Numbered from the stretch's first letter, positions 1-18,872 are shown. The stretch is 64,000 nt of DNA from the human T2T-CHM13v2.0 reference genome, Homo sapiens (GCF_009914755.1 NC_060936.1), one strand, 5' to 3'. Notes: generated by a model not told the origin, from the sequence alone. Translations and numbers: made by a program.

Positions 1-453
1 GAGCTCCAGGGGCAAGACCCAGATTTGAAATAGAAATTCTGACATCATTGGCCTATAACTCTTCATCAAAATCATAGTTACAGGCCACGTGCCATGGCTC
101 ACGCCTGTAATCTTAGCACTTTGGGAGGCCCAGACAGGCGGAACGCTTGAGCCCAGGAGTTCAAGACAAGCCTGGGCAACATAGTGACACCCCATCTCTA
201 ATAAAAATACAAAAAGTTAGCTGGGTGTTATGGTGCATGCCTGTAGTCCCAGCTACTTGGGAGGCTGAGGTGGGAGGATCGCTTGAGCCAGGAGGTCAAG
301 GCAGTAGTGAGCTGTAATTGCACCCCTGTACTCCAGTCTGGGGAGAAAAAAAGAAAAGCCCTTTCTGCTCACACTTAGTCAGCTCCTAGCTGAGGGGACC
401 TACAGATCACAGGGAAGCAGGAAGATCTAACGGCTTCTCTGTCCCCCTTACAG

Positions 454-486
454 GTCACAGTCAAAGTGCCTCAGAAGAACTCATAA
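454..486 (+). CDS. ALDH2: ALDH2 terminal coding exon (VTVKVPQKNS*)
   Basis: Polypyrimidine tract and CAG acceptor end at 453; GTC ACA GTC AAA GTG CCT CAG AAG AAC TCA TAA encodes the known C-terminus of mitochondrial aldehyde dehydrogenase 2. Phase-0 acceptor. Confidence 0.95.
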   Translation, partial: VTVKVPQKNS

Positions 487-1333
<847 letters not shown>

Positions 1334-1431
1334 TTACTTTTTTATTTTAATTACACCAATAAGAATGTGCTTGAATGTTTCATGCATTTAATTTGTTTCA
1401 TGCATTTAACTTCTGGCCTGTTTACCTGTAG

Positions 1432-1620
<189 letters not shown>

Positions 1621-1937
1621 TGATCCTCCTGCTTCAGCTTCCTGGGCTAATGTTTGTATTTTTTGTGGAGATGGGACTTTGTTATGTTGCCCAGGCTGTT
1701 TTCAAACTCCTGGACTCAAGTGATCCTCCCGCCTTAGCCTCCTAAGGTGCTGGGATTACAGGTGTGAGCCACTGTGCCCAATTCAGTTCTCAGTAAAAAC
1801 TTGATCAGGCCAAATGAAAGTGACATGGGCCAATTTCATAATAGATTGATTTGGAAACCAGATGTCAATTTACTTACTTTAAGTGAGATCTGTATCTTCA
1901 GTAACCAGACCTCTTGAGTCTCCCACCCAGAACACTA

Positions 1938-2508
<571 letters not shown>

Positions 2509-2687
2509 TGAGTAGCTGGGATTACAGGTGTGCGCCACCATGCCTGGCTAATTTTTGTATTTTTAGTAGAGACGGGGTTTTGCCATGTTGGCCAGGCTGG
2601 TGTTGAAGGCCTGACCTCAGGTAATCCACCCACCTCTGCCTCCCAGAGTACTGGGATTACAAGTGTGAGCCACCGTGCCCGGCCAAC

Positions 2688-3320
2688 TGTAGGGACCAGC
2701 CCCACAGGGTCGGTGGGTTTTTCTCCCCATGTGCGGAGACGAGAGATTGTAGAAATAAAGACACAAGACAAAGAGGTAAAAGAAAAGACAGCTGGGCTTG
2801 GGGGACCACTACCACCAAGAGGCGGAGACCGGTAGAGGCCCCGAATGTCTGGCTGCACTGTTATTTATTGGATACAAAGCAAAAGGGGCAGGGTAAAGAG
2901 TGTGAGTCATCTCCAATGACAGGTAAGGTCACGTGGGTCACGTGTCCACTGGACAGGGGGCCCTTCCCTGCCTGGCAGCCAAGGCAGAGATAGACAGGGA
3001 GAGAGAGAGACAGCTTACGCCATTATTTCTGCGTATCAGAGACTTTTAGTACTTTCACTAATTTTGCTACTGTTATCTAAAAGGCAGAGCCAGGTGTACA
3101 GGATGGAACATGAAGGCAGACTAGGAGCGTGACCACTGAAGCACAGCACCACAGGGAGACGGTTAGGCCTCCGGATAACTAATGATTAATGATATTCATA
3201 TATAATCATGTCTGTGATCTAGATCTAGTATAACTCTTGTTGTTTTATATATTTTATTATACTGGAACAGCTCGTGCCCTCGGTCTCTTGCCTCAGCACC
3301 TGGATGGCTTGCCGCCCACA
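2688..3320 (-). mobile_element. Solo HERV-K-class LTR (LTR13 family, HML-4), internally deleted, 633 bp
   Basis: TG...CA termini on the minus strand (TGTGGGCGGCAAGCC...GGTCCCTACA) and a perfect 6-bp TSD GCCAAC at 2682-2687 and 3321-3326. Family assignment is from a recalled consensus. Confidence 0.8.
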
Positions 3321-4218
3321 GCCAACAATGTGTTTTCAATATGCTCCCCAAACTACAGCAAACTCCTCTTAACTCGGGATTTAGGGTGATGCCCTACTTA
3401 TGCCTAACTTTATCACCAGCTTAACCCTCATCTCATTATATAGGATGATATTACTTCTAGGAAGATTTTCTATGTATGGAGGGTGCATCATTTAAGAGTA
3501 TTTTAGGCCAGGCACTGTGGCTCATGCCTGTAATCCCAGCATTTTGGGAAGCTGAGGTGGGTGATTTGCTTCAGCCCACGAGTTCAAGATCAGCCTGGCC
3601 AATATGGTGAAACCCCATCTCTACAAAAAAATACAAAAATTAGCTGAGCGTGGTGATGTGTGCCTGTGGTCCCAGTTACTCTGGAGGCTGATGTGGGAGG
3701 ATCACTTGAGCCCAGGAGGTCAAGGCTGCAGTGAGCTGTGATTGCACCACTTCACTCCAGCCCAGAGTGAGACCCCATCTCTGAAAAAAACACAAAAAAC
3801 AAGAAAAGAATACTGCAAAGAACCTTGGTAGGGGTGAATTGGAAAAAGTAGAGAAATGTAATATTTCTTTCCTGCTGTACTCACTGTAACTGTGAGAGGA
3901 TCGGCTCTTTTAACCAACAGATAAGAAAGGAAATATTAGCTATGAAGAAATGTCTATCAAGTTGATTTTGACAACCTAGACACATTAATCTCCTTGCACT
4001 TTTAGTGACAGGAACCCATTAGAACCTTAAGCAGCTGTCTGAAGTAAAAACAAAGCTCTCAGGTGATGAACCACCTAATCTCCCTGGGTATTCGGATGTG
4101 GGTCAGTCACAGGAGTATTAGGTGTAAAGCCGCTGCTTCTGGGTAGAGCCTCCACTTGTGGCTGCACAGAGGGCACAGAGAGCTTTTCCTTCAGCCCGGA
4201 GAAGCTTCCTAAGTGTGG

Positions 4219-4232
4219 GCGCCACCTTGTGG
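4219..4232 (-). promoter_or_regulatory. Candidate CTCF site CCACAAGGTGGCGC
   Basis: Close match to the CTCF core CCACYAGRKGGCRS, in a unique non-repeat island at about 3810-4380. Confidence 0.5.
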
Positions 4233-4379
4233 GACATACATTGAACTACGACGCTATTTCTCCAAGAATTAACAGGACAGCCCCTCCCACCGGTGTCCTT
4301 CCAACGATGTTGCATACAATTTGGCTGTACATTTGGCAGGCAGTGTAATGAGGGAATCAAAGACCAGGATCACATACTG

Positions 4380-5036
<657 letters not shown>

Positions 5037-5070
5037 TCACGAGGTCAGGAGATCGAGACCATCCTGGCTA

Positions 5071-5489
<419 letters not shown>

Positions 5490-5594
5490 TCATGCCTGTA
5501 ATCTCAGCATTTTGGGATACTGAGGCGGGTGGATTACCTGAGGCCAGGAGTTCGAGATCAGCCTGGCCAACATGATGAAAACCCATCTCTGCTA

Positions 5595-5786
<192 letters not shown>

Positions 5787-6143
5787 TCACCTCAACTGAA
5801 AAAAACAGGGTCCCAGAGCTGGTCAGGGGAACTTGGACAAACCACACAACTTCTGAGCTTCCATTTCCTCACAATCTCTGCAGTCACTTCCAACTCTCAT
5901 TTGGCTTATTCTGTGAAGGATAAAACAGAGCTGACATTTGTTCATTTGTATTGATTTTATTTACATTTTTCAAAAGGAAATAGATGCAGATGGTATAGAA
6001 AGTTTCAGTGAAATGTAAATCTGATGCCCAATCCTGTGGCCCCAAGAAGTATTAACTGTGCACCCACTACATGCCAGGAACTGTACTTGGAGCCTTCTCA
6101 AGAGCTTCTTAACAATATTTTCATTTTTTATATTTTTTAATGA

Positions 6144-6347
<204 letters not shown>

Positions 6348-7070
6348 TGAAGTGATCCTCCTGCCTTGGCACATAGAAGGGGTTACAATATACATATATT
6401 AGAGTGAGAGCATAGATGTGATGCCTGGCGATATGGCTTACTTATGAGACAGCACCTGACCTACAGCCATCTATGACTCCTACTGTATCTTCCATGCCAG
6501 GAGTAAGGGTGAGGATACCTGGCAATAATAAAAATAATAACCTGAGAGTCTAATGGCTTATTTTTTGTAGAGATGGGGTCTCACTGTGTTGTTTAGGCTG
6601 GTCTTGAACTTCTGGGCTCAAGTGATCCTCCCACCTCAGCCTCCTGAGTAGCTGGGATTATAGGCGTGCACTACCATGCATATATATATATATTTTTTTT
6701 TTTTTTTGAGAGAGAGAGAGAGAGATGGAGTCTTGCTATGTTGCTCAGGCTGGTCTCGAACTCCTGGCCTCAAGTCATCCTGCTGGCTTGGCCTCTCAAG
6801 TGCTAGGATTACAGGCATGAGACACTGGGCACAGCCCTAATAGCTTATTTTTAAAGCTATATCAAAATGTCATGCACCTGAACATTTGAAGTAACCTCTC
6901 TGATAGTACGGATATTTATCCCCTCAAAATCTCATGTTAAAATGTAATCTTCAGTGTTGGAGGTGGGGCAAGGTGTGAGGTGTTAGGATCATGGGGGTGG
7001 ATCCCTCATGAATGGCTTGGTGTCCTCCCCCATGGTAATGAGTTCACTCAAGAGCTGGTTGTTTAAAAGG

Positions 7071-7507
7071 TGACGTGGACCTAATCCCTGTTGGACTGAA
7101 CAAAAGGGGACGAACACAGCAATAAAGATAAAGACCAAAGAGTATATTTGGAAGAAGGGGTCAGGGGGCTCCTTGCTTCTAGTGAAAAAGGGCCCTGAGC
7201 TTTAGTGCCCTTTGTATTTATTGGGTAAAGGAGATAGGGAGAAGGGGGGGTGGTTGTCGGTCAGCAGCTTGATTCACAGCAGGCTCACAAGATTGCATTC
7301 TTTGAACAGTAGGCTCTAGATGTCTCAGTAGATAACCTCAAAGAGCATGGCGCCAGGGAGTGATTGCCCTCAGCGAACCTTCTGGCGGCTGAAGCAGAAG
7401 TGAGTTTGCCCACATTCTGCATTTATGATAAACAGTTTGCTGTTTGATCATATAGCCTCAGTGGAATGCTGAGTTGGTCACAACCCATGGGCATTCAGCT
7501 CTCTACA
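7071..7507 (-). repeat. 3' LTR (LTR3 family) of the HML-6 provirus
   Basis: Starts TGTAGAGAGC on the minus strand directly after the polypurine tract AGAAAGGGGGAAA (7508-7520). About 90% identical to 16329-16767 by manual alignment. Confidence 0.92.
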
Positions 7508-9441
7508 TTTCCCCCTTTCTGTTTATGAATTAATTGAAAGAATGTAAGGCCAGGCTGGGCAGCTCTCATTTTCTGATTGGCAGTCCATCCAATTTTACAG
7601 ACTATGAACAGAAGACAGAGACAAAACAACATTATTCCAAGGACTACATATAAGATGTTAATGTGGTGCTTTAGACAGGTCCAAGGGTTGAGGCTCTCCA
7701 GGCCTTGCTGGAATTTGGTCTAGTCTTCTAAAGAAGGCTGAAACTCTTGAGTTTGTTTATTTAAATCAAGAATTTTGTTTTGTAATTCACCGATATCAAA
7801 GGTGATGTTGGATGTGCAAGCTCCCTGCAAATGGGCTTTCACAAGGTCCCATGGATACTCACTTTGGTTATATTCTAAGTTGGTTACACAAATATGAGTG
7901 TGATTAAAATGATGGTGCAATTGCTGTTGCAATTGCAAGCTTTGTACTTGTTCTCCTAACTGTAGAGCCGTGGATTTCAACAATGCCACTTCAGTTTGTA
8001 ACTCAGTGTTAATTTTATTCTGAAGTGGCCATGCTTGGTTGGCTATACGCATCCAGTTTTCCATGTACTGAGTTGTTTGAATAGAACTATGCAAAGCTAC
8101 AGAGGACATCACAACGGAAGTTATTAATGTGACCAAGGAAACAATAGCAAAAATTATCATGCCTAAGGCTCTATGGGCACAATGAGTAAGTTGAGTTAGA
8201 AGATGTTTCATGAAGTGCAAAGCAGGTGTGGTAGCCCAAGGCTGGGACAGATTAACAGGAATCCATAGCCCAGGGATGCGACCCAAAATTATCAAAGTAG
8301 AGACATTATGTGTTTGCAATGTGCTATGATTAATGCAGTGACATAACTGGCAAGATTTACAGGTCAATTGGATATTGTTTACCTGGAGCTGGTCCTTCTT
8401 AGTTGCCAAAAAAGACATAAGGATTAAAAAGACAAACCATAAATTGAGTGGTGATATTCTTTACAAATGTAACATTAAGACTGTGTTGCTTACTATTGCT
8501 ATCACTGGATAGTATCCCGCCATTCATAAATGGGAGTGCTGCCTTCCATAACATCTCTTGGATTGGTCCTTTCCTCCCTAGATAATGCCACTGAGGAAGA
8601 GGCGGGCTAAAGCCTGCTCCATGTCAAGCAATCTGGGTGGCAGACTGGGATTAGATCCCGGTGTGGTATAAAGAAGAAGCATTAAAATCTTGCCACCAAT
8701 GCCAGCGAAGTTTGTGCCATGATTTCTGATTTTCATGTTTTCCATATAGTTGACCTTTAGGTCCCCAATCCACAATGTCTCCAGTTAACATAGATTGTTT
8801 TCTAGCCAGTGGGTCAAGACATTGGGTCCATGTCTTGGGGGGTAGTAACTATCGAAGGGAATCCATTCCATATAGTCAGCACGATTAGGGTGATTGGGCC
8901 GGGAATGGTTGGTTAGCACACCTGTTACATTAATAGAACCAAGACTTAATAGGCACATGACTTTTCCATAATGACTCAACCATTCTTGAGCTTGAATTAT
9001 AAGACAGCTACAGTTAAGCGATGTCTTTGTAGTGATACACAAGGGGAGTCCTTCTAGTGGGGTGGTATAATTAATGACATTGTTCTGAGAGTCTAACTGT
9101 TCTATTTTAAGGGGAGTTAGGGGTCCTGGAGCCCATACTTGCTGATCACGATAAATCTCAGGAGGAGTGTCACTCCAAAGCATAGGTTGTACTACTAGGG
9201 GATTGGGAACATATGCCCAAAATGTTTTTGCCTCTGCACAGGGAAAACATACCACACAGGACATTATGGCTAACATGGCCAAGAACATGGAATCAGGGTG
9301 TTTTGCCTGGCTCTGATGCTCCAGTAGTTTCCCAGCTTCCTGAGTGGTATTCTTGAGTTGCCCCCAGGTTATGGGGGTTGATGTCGTCATGACTCCGGTC
9401 GGCCTTCTCTCCATCTTTGCACTCTGGCTCAGCTGGCTCAT
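7499..9441 (-). pseudogene. HML-6 env remnant (SP/SU ORF 8785-9441; SU/TM ORF 7720-8418; TM anchor and tail continue after a TAG)
   Basis: TWGQLK and MLAIMSCVV signal-peptide motifs, WAYVPNP, fusion peptide ALGMIIFAIVSLVTLI, heptad region and HICVT. A hydrophobic anchor LYVVLGIMLFCLCLLFIVC lies in frame beyond the stop at 7720-7722. Confidence 0.88.
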
Positions 9442-9767
9442 GGCTCATACCAGAGGGACCAGGCCCATAGTTGGCCACCCTGGGTTCCTCTAGTCTCCCG
9501 TTCCATGGTCACATGCACCTTGAGGGCACCCACACGGCTTGTCCATCTCCCATAAAAACACAAGCATACCCTCATCCCCACGTCAGTAAATCCAACAGAC
9601 CTTTCCATTGTCTTTTTTCCGGGGGATTTCAATAACACTTTCGGATAAACTTTCCTCTTTTCCTCTAACACTTGCCAATGTCTTTCTGCTGGAGTCTTAC
9701 CATCTGTACCAGGAGTCAAAAAAATTTAAAGAAAATAAGGCTAAGTGTAGTTTTGTTTGAGGTGTAA

Positions 9768-10108
<341 letters not shown>

Positions 10109-11644
10109 CCTTTCTGTTTTTTCAACACGTGTTGTAATGTTTGATGTGCCAACTCTATAATTCCTTGTCCTCTAGGATTATAATAATTCCTTTTTTATGG
10201 GTTATAGCTCAAAGCTGTAAGAATTTTGAAAAGCATGACTAGTATAAGCTGGTCCATTGTCAGGTTTTAATTGTTTAGTTATCCCCATATGAGCAAATGA
10301 TGACAAACAATGTTGCCGTACATGACCAGCTGTCTCACCTGTTTGGCATGTAGCATGCAGCATATGAGAATAAGTGTCTATAATTAGTGAACATAGCTAA
10401 GTTTACTAAAGGCTGCTACATGTGTAACATCCATTTGCCAGATTTCATTTGGAGCCAAACCTCATGGGTTACAACCTTCTACAGGTGTGGCTCCAGGGAC
10501 ATGCTGGCAAGTAGGACAGGCTTGTATTATAGCCCTAGCTTGGCTGCGAGAGAAATGGAACATGCGAGTAGGGCAGAAGTACTTTGGTGCAGAGGCTTGA
10601 GCTTGCTGAAACACAGAACTAATCAGTTTATCTGCTCTATCATTACCTAGAGATAGTGGTCCAGGAAGTTGTGTGTGAGAGCGAATATGAGAAATATGAA
10701 AAGGAGATGAAGGAGAGCCAATAGTTGTTTGAAGTCTTAGAAACAAATTAAGCAGTTCTGGGTCTAGTGTATTTTTAATTGTAGCAGTTTCTATGCAACT
10801 GGCTACATTTACAACATAAGTTGAATTACAGACAATGTTGATAGGATCTGCAGCTGTCAGCTGTAAAACCTGAATGACTGCAATTAAGTCTGAGCGCTGA
10901 GCTGAAACCCCAGAGGTCATTATTGTTTGAGTATGTTTAGGTCCATAAATAGCTGCATGAGCTTTAGAAGAGCCATCAGTAAAATAAGTCTGGCCACCTG
11001 AAATAGGCTTGTGATGAGTAATCACAGGAAGAATGAAAGAATGGACTTTATAAAACTGCAAAACTTTGTCTGAGGGATAGTGGTTGTCTATGGCACCCAC
11101 AAAGTCTGCAAAAGTGATTTGCCAGGCAGTTGACATTTCCCAAGCTGTGGACTGTTGCTGAGAGTCTAAAGGAACAATAATTTTATCTGGATCATATCCC
11201 ATAGGCATCTTTGACCTATGCCTGCCCATAGTCACAATTTGTGTAATTAAAGAAAGATAGACTTGCAAAGTTTTGACTGATTAGGTAGAAAGAGCCATTC
11301 TATTACGGTTACAGATTTGTCTAAGCATTGGCCTAAAAGTCCTGTTGGAGAGTGAGGGATAGGAAGAACAAACAAAAGCAAAGGTTTTTGTGGCTGTAGC
11401 CATGAGGCATGTCATTGCTGTAGCATCTGCTCTACAAGTTGTAACTCCACTTCTGCCTCTTTGGTCAATTGCTGTGGGGAATTTAAGGAAGAATCTCCTT
11501 GCAGGGTTTGATAAAGATGTGTAAGTTGATAAGTTGCAATACCTAGCATTGGTCACAGCCAATTTATATCTCCTAATAATTATTGAAAATCATTTAAAGT
11601 CTGTAACCTGCCTTTATGGAGAACTACTTTCTGAGGCCGTACAC

Positions 11645-12714
11645 TATTGGGGAACCTGCCCCGATATTCATGTAGGTTCTTTTCTATTTTTCCTAAGCAT
11701 TGGCCAGCTTGAGAAATAAAGGGACAGAGTACAAAAGAGAGAAATTTTAAAGCTGGGCATCCGGGGGAGACATCACATGTCGGTAGGTTCCGTGATGCCC
11801 CACAAGCCGCAGAAACCAGCAAGTTTTTATTAGGGAGTTTCAAAAGGGGAGGGAGTGTGCGAATAGGTGTGGGTGACAGACATCAAGTACTTAACAGGGT
11901 AATAGAATATCACAAGGTGAGTGGAGGCAGGGTGAGATCACATGACCACAGGACCAAGGCGAAATTAAAATTGCTAATGAAGTTTCGGGCACCATTGTCA
12001 TTGATAACATCTTATCAGGAGACAGGGTTTTGAGATCAACCTTCTGACCAAAATTTATTAGGCGGGAATTTCCTCTTCCTAAGAAGCCTGGGAGCACTAT
12101 GGGAGACTGGAATCTATTTCATCTCTGCAGCCTCAACCATAAGAGACAGGTGCACCTGGGGGGGCTGTTTATAAGCCTATACCTCCAGGTGCGTATTCTC
12201 TTTCTCAGGGATGTTCCATGCTGAGAAAAAGAATTCAGTGATATTTCTCCCATTTGCTTTTGAAAGAAGAGAAATATGGCTCTGTTCTGCCCAGCTCACC
12301 AGCGGTCAGAGTTTAAGATTATCTCTCTTGTTCCCTGAACAATTGCTGTTATCCTGTTCTTTTTTCAAGGTGCCCACATTTCATATTGCTCAAACACACA
12401 TGCTGTACAATTTGTGCAGTTAATGCAATTATCACATGGTCCTGAAGTGACATACATCCTCCTCAGTGGACAGGATTAAGAGATTAAAGTAAAGACAGGC
12501 ATAGGAAAGCACAAAGGTATTGACTGGGGAAGTGATAAGTGTCCATGAAATCTTTACAACTTATGTTTAGAGATTGCAGTAAAGACAGGCATAAGAAATT
12601 ACAAAAGTATTAATTTGGGGAACTAATAAATGTCCATAAAATCTTCACAATCCACATTCTTCTGCCATGGCTTCAGCCAGTCCCTCTGTTTGGGGTCCCT
12701 GACTTCCTGCAACA
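11645..12714 (-). mobile_element. MER11 solo LTR (HERV-K HML-8) inserted into HML-6 pol, 1070 bp
   Basis: Minus strand begins TGTTGCAGGAAGTCAGGGACCCC (MER11 start). Perfect 6-bp TSD GTACAC at 11639-11644 and 12715-12720; AATAAA on the minus strand at 11826-11831. Confidence 0.88.
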
Positions 12715-14224
12715 GTACACTCCCCTCCATAACAATAGTTCCTAAGTATTAGTATGGGGAAGTTGTTTGCACTTTCTCTGGAGCAATTTTGAGATTCCAT
12801 TTAATTAAAGCCTGTTTTGTTTCTCTGAATAACTGATGTAAAATTTGATCTGTAGGAGCGGCCAAAAGAATATCATCCATAAAATGAATGATATACACAG
12901 TGGGAAACATATTTCAAGGCTCCTTTAATGCTCTTCCCACAAAGTGCTGACATAATGTAGGACTGTTAAGCATGCCTTGAGGTAAAACTTTCCATTGATA
13001 GTGAGAAACAGGTTCTCTATGATTAATAGAAGACACAGAGAAGGCAAATTGAGGCTTATCCTTCTCGTGTTATGGTATAGTAAAGAAACAATCCTTAAGA
13101 TCTATTCCTACAAGAGGCCTGTCTCTTGGAATGGCTGCTGGGGAAGGTAAACCTTGCTGTAAGGCACCCATTGGTTTAATTTGCGCATTAATAACTCTCA
13201 AATCATGCAGTAGTCACCATCTTCCAGACTTTTTTGGAATAACAAATACCGGTGAATTCCAGGGGCTGACTTCTCTATATGTCCTGCATTCAATTGTTCT
13301 TTTACCAACAGATGAAGTTGATCTAGCTTCTCCTGTGTTAGGGGCCATTGATCCACCCACATAGGTTTGTCACAAAGCCATTCTAATGGTAAGGCAGTGG
13401 GTCGAGGAGAAATATCAATGATCCCCATCAGAAATCCTGACATCCTTGCCCTTTTCTGTTTCTCCAGTTATAGATATCGGGTTAGGGTTTCCTTGTAGGA
13501 ATTTCCCTAAACCTTTTCCACTCTGATATCCCATGTCCTTCAACATTTTAAATCCTGGGTTATGAAAGTTTTCATTTGTAAGTCTCATATCCCATGCTGT
13601 AAGTAATTCTTGACCCCATAAATTGATAGCTATATTTGCATCATAAGGCTGGAAAGTACATGATTGTCCATCCGGACCAAGACAAGGTAAAATCTCAGCA
13701 CTCTGTTGAACACTTTTAGCTGCTCCTACTCCCACTAGGGATGTGGAGGTTAGTCTGAGAGGCCATGCTGGGGGCCAGTCCTTACTGGATATTACTGACA
13801 CATCAGCTCCTGTGTCCATAAGCCCATACAATTTCTTTCCTTTACTTTGTACTACACAGGTGGGTCTATTATAAGCTATAGGTTGTGAACATAGATTTCT
13901 CATGTAGTTGTGCTCCCAAACCCTTTATTTCCTCGTTTCTCCTTTTATGGAGAAGGGTGTAATTTGCAGGGAATAAGCAATAATTGAGCAATATATTCTT
14001 CCGGTTCAAAAACCCAAAGATCTTGTGACATTAAAACTACTTGAATTTCTCCTTCATAATCAGAGTCAGCTACTCCTGGGACTACAGTAATGCCTTGCAA
14101 GTTAAGGCAGCTTTTGCCTAAAATTAGTCTATGTATCCTGCTGGTAAAGGTCCCCAAATGCCAATGGGAACTTTGATAGGTTTGTCTCCACCAATTAATG
14201 TAATTCTTTCTCTGACTGGAAGAT

Positions 14225-16142
<1,918 letters not shown>

Positions 16143-16305
16143 CCCAGTACTTCTTTAAGAGAGCACTGACCTTATATTGCTCCCAGTACCTCGTTAGGGC
16201 ACTGACCTTATATCTGCTGCCAGTGGACTCATCCCAGTGTCCCCATTCGTCTTGTCAATTTCAGCTTCTCTGCTTCAGCAGACCTTCTTCGTTCATGTCC
16301 TCAGA

Positions 16306-16325
16306 GTCCCTGTTCTGGGGTGCCA
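16306..16325 (-). other. Primer binding site, tRNA-Lys(UUU)-like
   Basis: TGGCACCCCAGAACAGGGAC 3 nt after the 5' LTR, compared with the Lys3 PBS TGGCGCCCGAACAGGGAC. Confidence 0.8.
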
Positions 16326-16328
16326 CTT

Positions 16329-16767
16329 TGATGCGTGAATGGACCTTGGTGGACTGAACAAAGGGGGACGAATGCGAGAATAAAGATAAAGACAAAAAAG
16401 CATATTTGGAAGACATGGTCGGGGGCTCCTTGCTTCTAGTGAACAAGGGCCCTGAGCTTTAGAGCCCTTTGTATTTATTGGGTAAAGGAGATAGGGAGAA
16501 GGGTGGGGGGTGGTTGGTGGTCAGCAGCTTGATTTACAGCAGGCTTGCAAGACTGCATTATTTGAACAGTAGGCTCTGGATGTCCCAGTAGATAACCTCA
16601 AGGCATACAGTGCCGGGGAGTGATTGCCCTCAGCAAACCTTCTGGTGGCTGGAGCAGAAGCAAGTTTGCTCACATTCTGCATTCATGATAAACAGTTTGC
16701 TGTTTGATCATATAGCCTCAGTGGAATGCTGAGTTGGTCACGACCCACGGGCATTCAGCTCTCTATG
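16329..16767 (-). repeat. 5' LTR (LTR3 family) of the HML-6 provirus
   Basis: Direct repeat of 7071-7507, bounded by the PBS and the TSD. Confidence 0.92.
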
Positions 16768-16977
16768 AAAAGGAGCCTGGCATCTCTCTTGCTCCCTCCT
16801 GCCATCGGATATGCCAGCTCCCCCTTTGCCTTCTGACAGGCTTTCTAAGCTTCCTGAGGCTTCACCGGAAACAGAACAGATGCTAGTGCTGTGCTTGTAC
16901 AGCCTGCAGAACCATGAGCCAAATCAATCTCGTTTCTTTATAAATTACTCTGCTTCACAGCTGGGCATGGTGGCTCA

Positions 16978-17259
<282 letters not shown>

Positions 17260-17657
17260 TTACCCAGCTTCAGGTATTCTTTTATAGCAATGCAAAACAG
17301 ACTAACACACTGTCTTTTTTTCTCAGCTGTAAAGTGAGAATAATCATTGTGAAATGAGATATTAAAATTCTTTGGAATCATGCCTCCTCAGCAGCTTTAC
17401 AAGGCTACCATGTGGAGTTGTTCAGTGGGTATAGAGTTTCAGTTTTGCAACATGAAAAAGTTCTTGAGACTGGCTGCACAACAGTGTGGATATACTTAAC
17501 GTTACTGAATTGTACTCTTAGAAATCGTTAGGATGAAGCTGGGCACGGTGGCTTATGCCTGTAATCCCAGTACTTTGGGAGGCAGAGGAGGGTGGATCAT
17601 CTGAGGTCAGGAGTTTGAGACCAGCCTGGTCAACATGGTGAAATCCCGTCTCTACTA

Positions 17658-17792
<135 letters not shown>

Positions 17793-18307
17793 CTAGGTGA
17801 CAGAGCAAGACTCCATCTCAAAGAAAAAAGAAATGGTTAGGCTGGTACATTTTATGCTATGCATTGTTTCTCAGAATAACAAAATTTTTAAGGAAATGAC
17901 CACCACGTGAGATACCTAAAAAGCTGTCCCAGGAGAGGGATGATATTTATTCTGTGAGCTCTGAGAGGGGAGACAGGAGCCAGTTAGCAACCACTGAGTA
18001 CTCCAGCCGGCCCACAAAGCCCCAGCATGGATGCTGCACCTGAGTGAGGCTGGCCTTGGAGACCTCTGGGCCCCTTCCAGCTCAGAGGTCTGAAGGATTT
18101 GAGCTGAGTCAGGTCAGCAGATGCTAGAACTTTCCATTCACAGACTGTCCAGTTTTGCTATATTTGAGGAACAGAAACAGGTCAGAAAGCAGGGCATGCT
18201 CTCATACTACTAGGAAAACATAATGTGATGCAACCTTTATTATTATCATTTATAGTATTATTTTTAAATTTTGTTATTTATTTATTATTTTATTTATTTT
18301 TTTTTGA

Positions 18308-18412
<105 letters not shown>

Positions 18413-18872
18413 TGAGTAGCTGGGACTACAGGCGTGTACCACCATGCCCAGCTAATTTTTGTATTTTTAGTAGAGACCGGGTTTCTGCATGTTGGCCAGG
18501 CTGGTCTCAAACTCCTGACCTCAGGTGATCCGCCCGCCTCAGCCTCCCAAAGTGCTGGGATTACAAGTGTGAGCCACCGTGCCCAATCTTTTTATTTATT
18601 TTATTGAGATAAGGTCTTGCTGTGTTACTCAGGCTGGTCTTGAACTCCTGGCCTTCCAGAGTGCCAAGATTACAGGTGTGAGCCAAGGTGCCCAGAAGGC
18701 ACAACCTTTCTGGCAGGCATTCACAACTAAGAACTTAATCCAAGAGCACAATTGGCCAAGCGTGTGACGTTAGAGAAGAGCACTGTTGTTGTGAACTTCA
18801 ACCAATGAAGATGGCCTGAGAAAAACCTGTGACAGCTTGGCAGAATTCAGAAGGATGAGACATCACTCCAAC

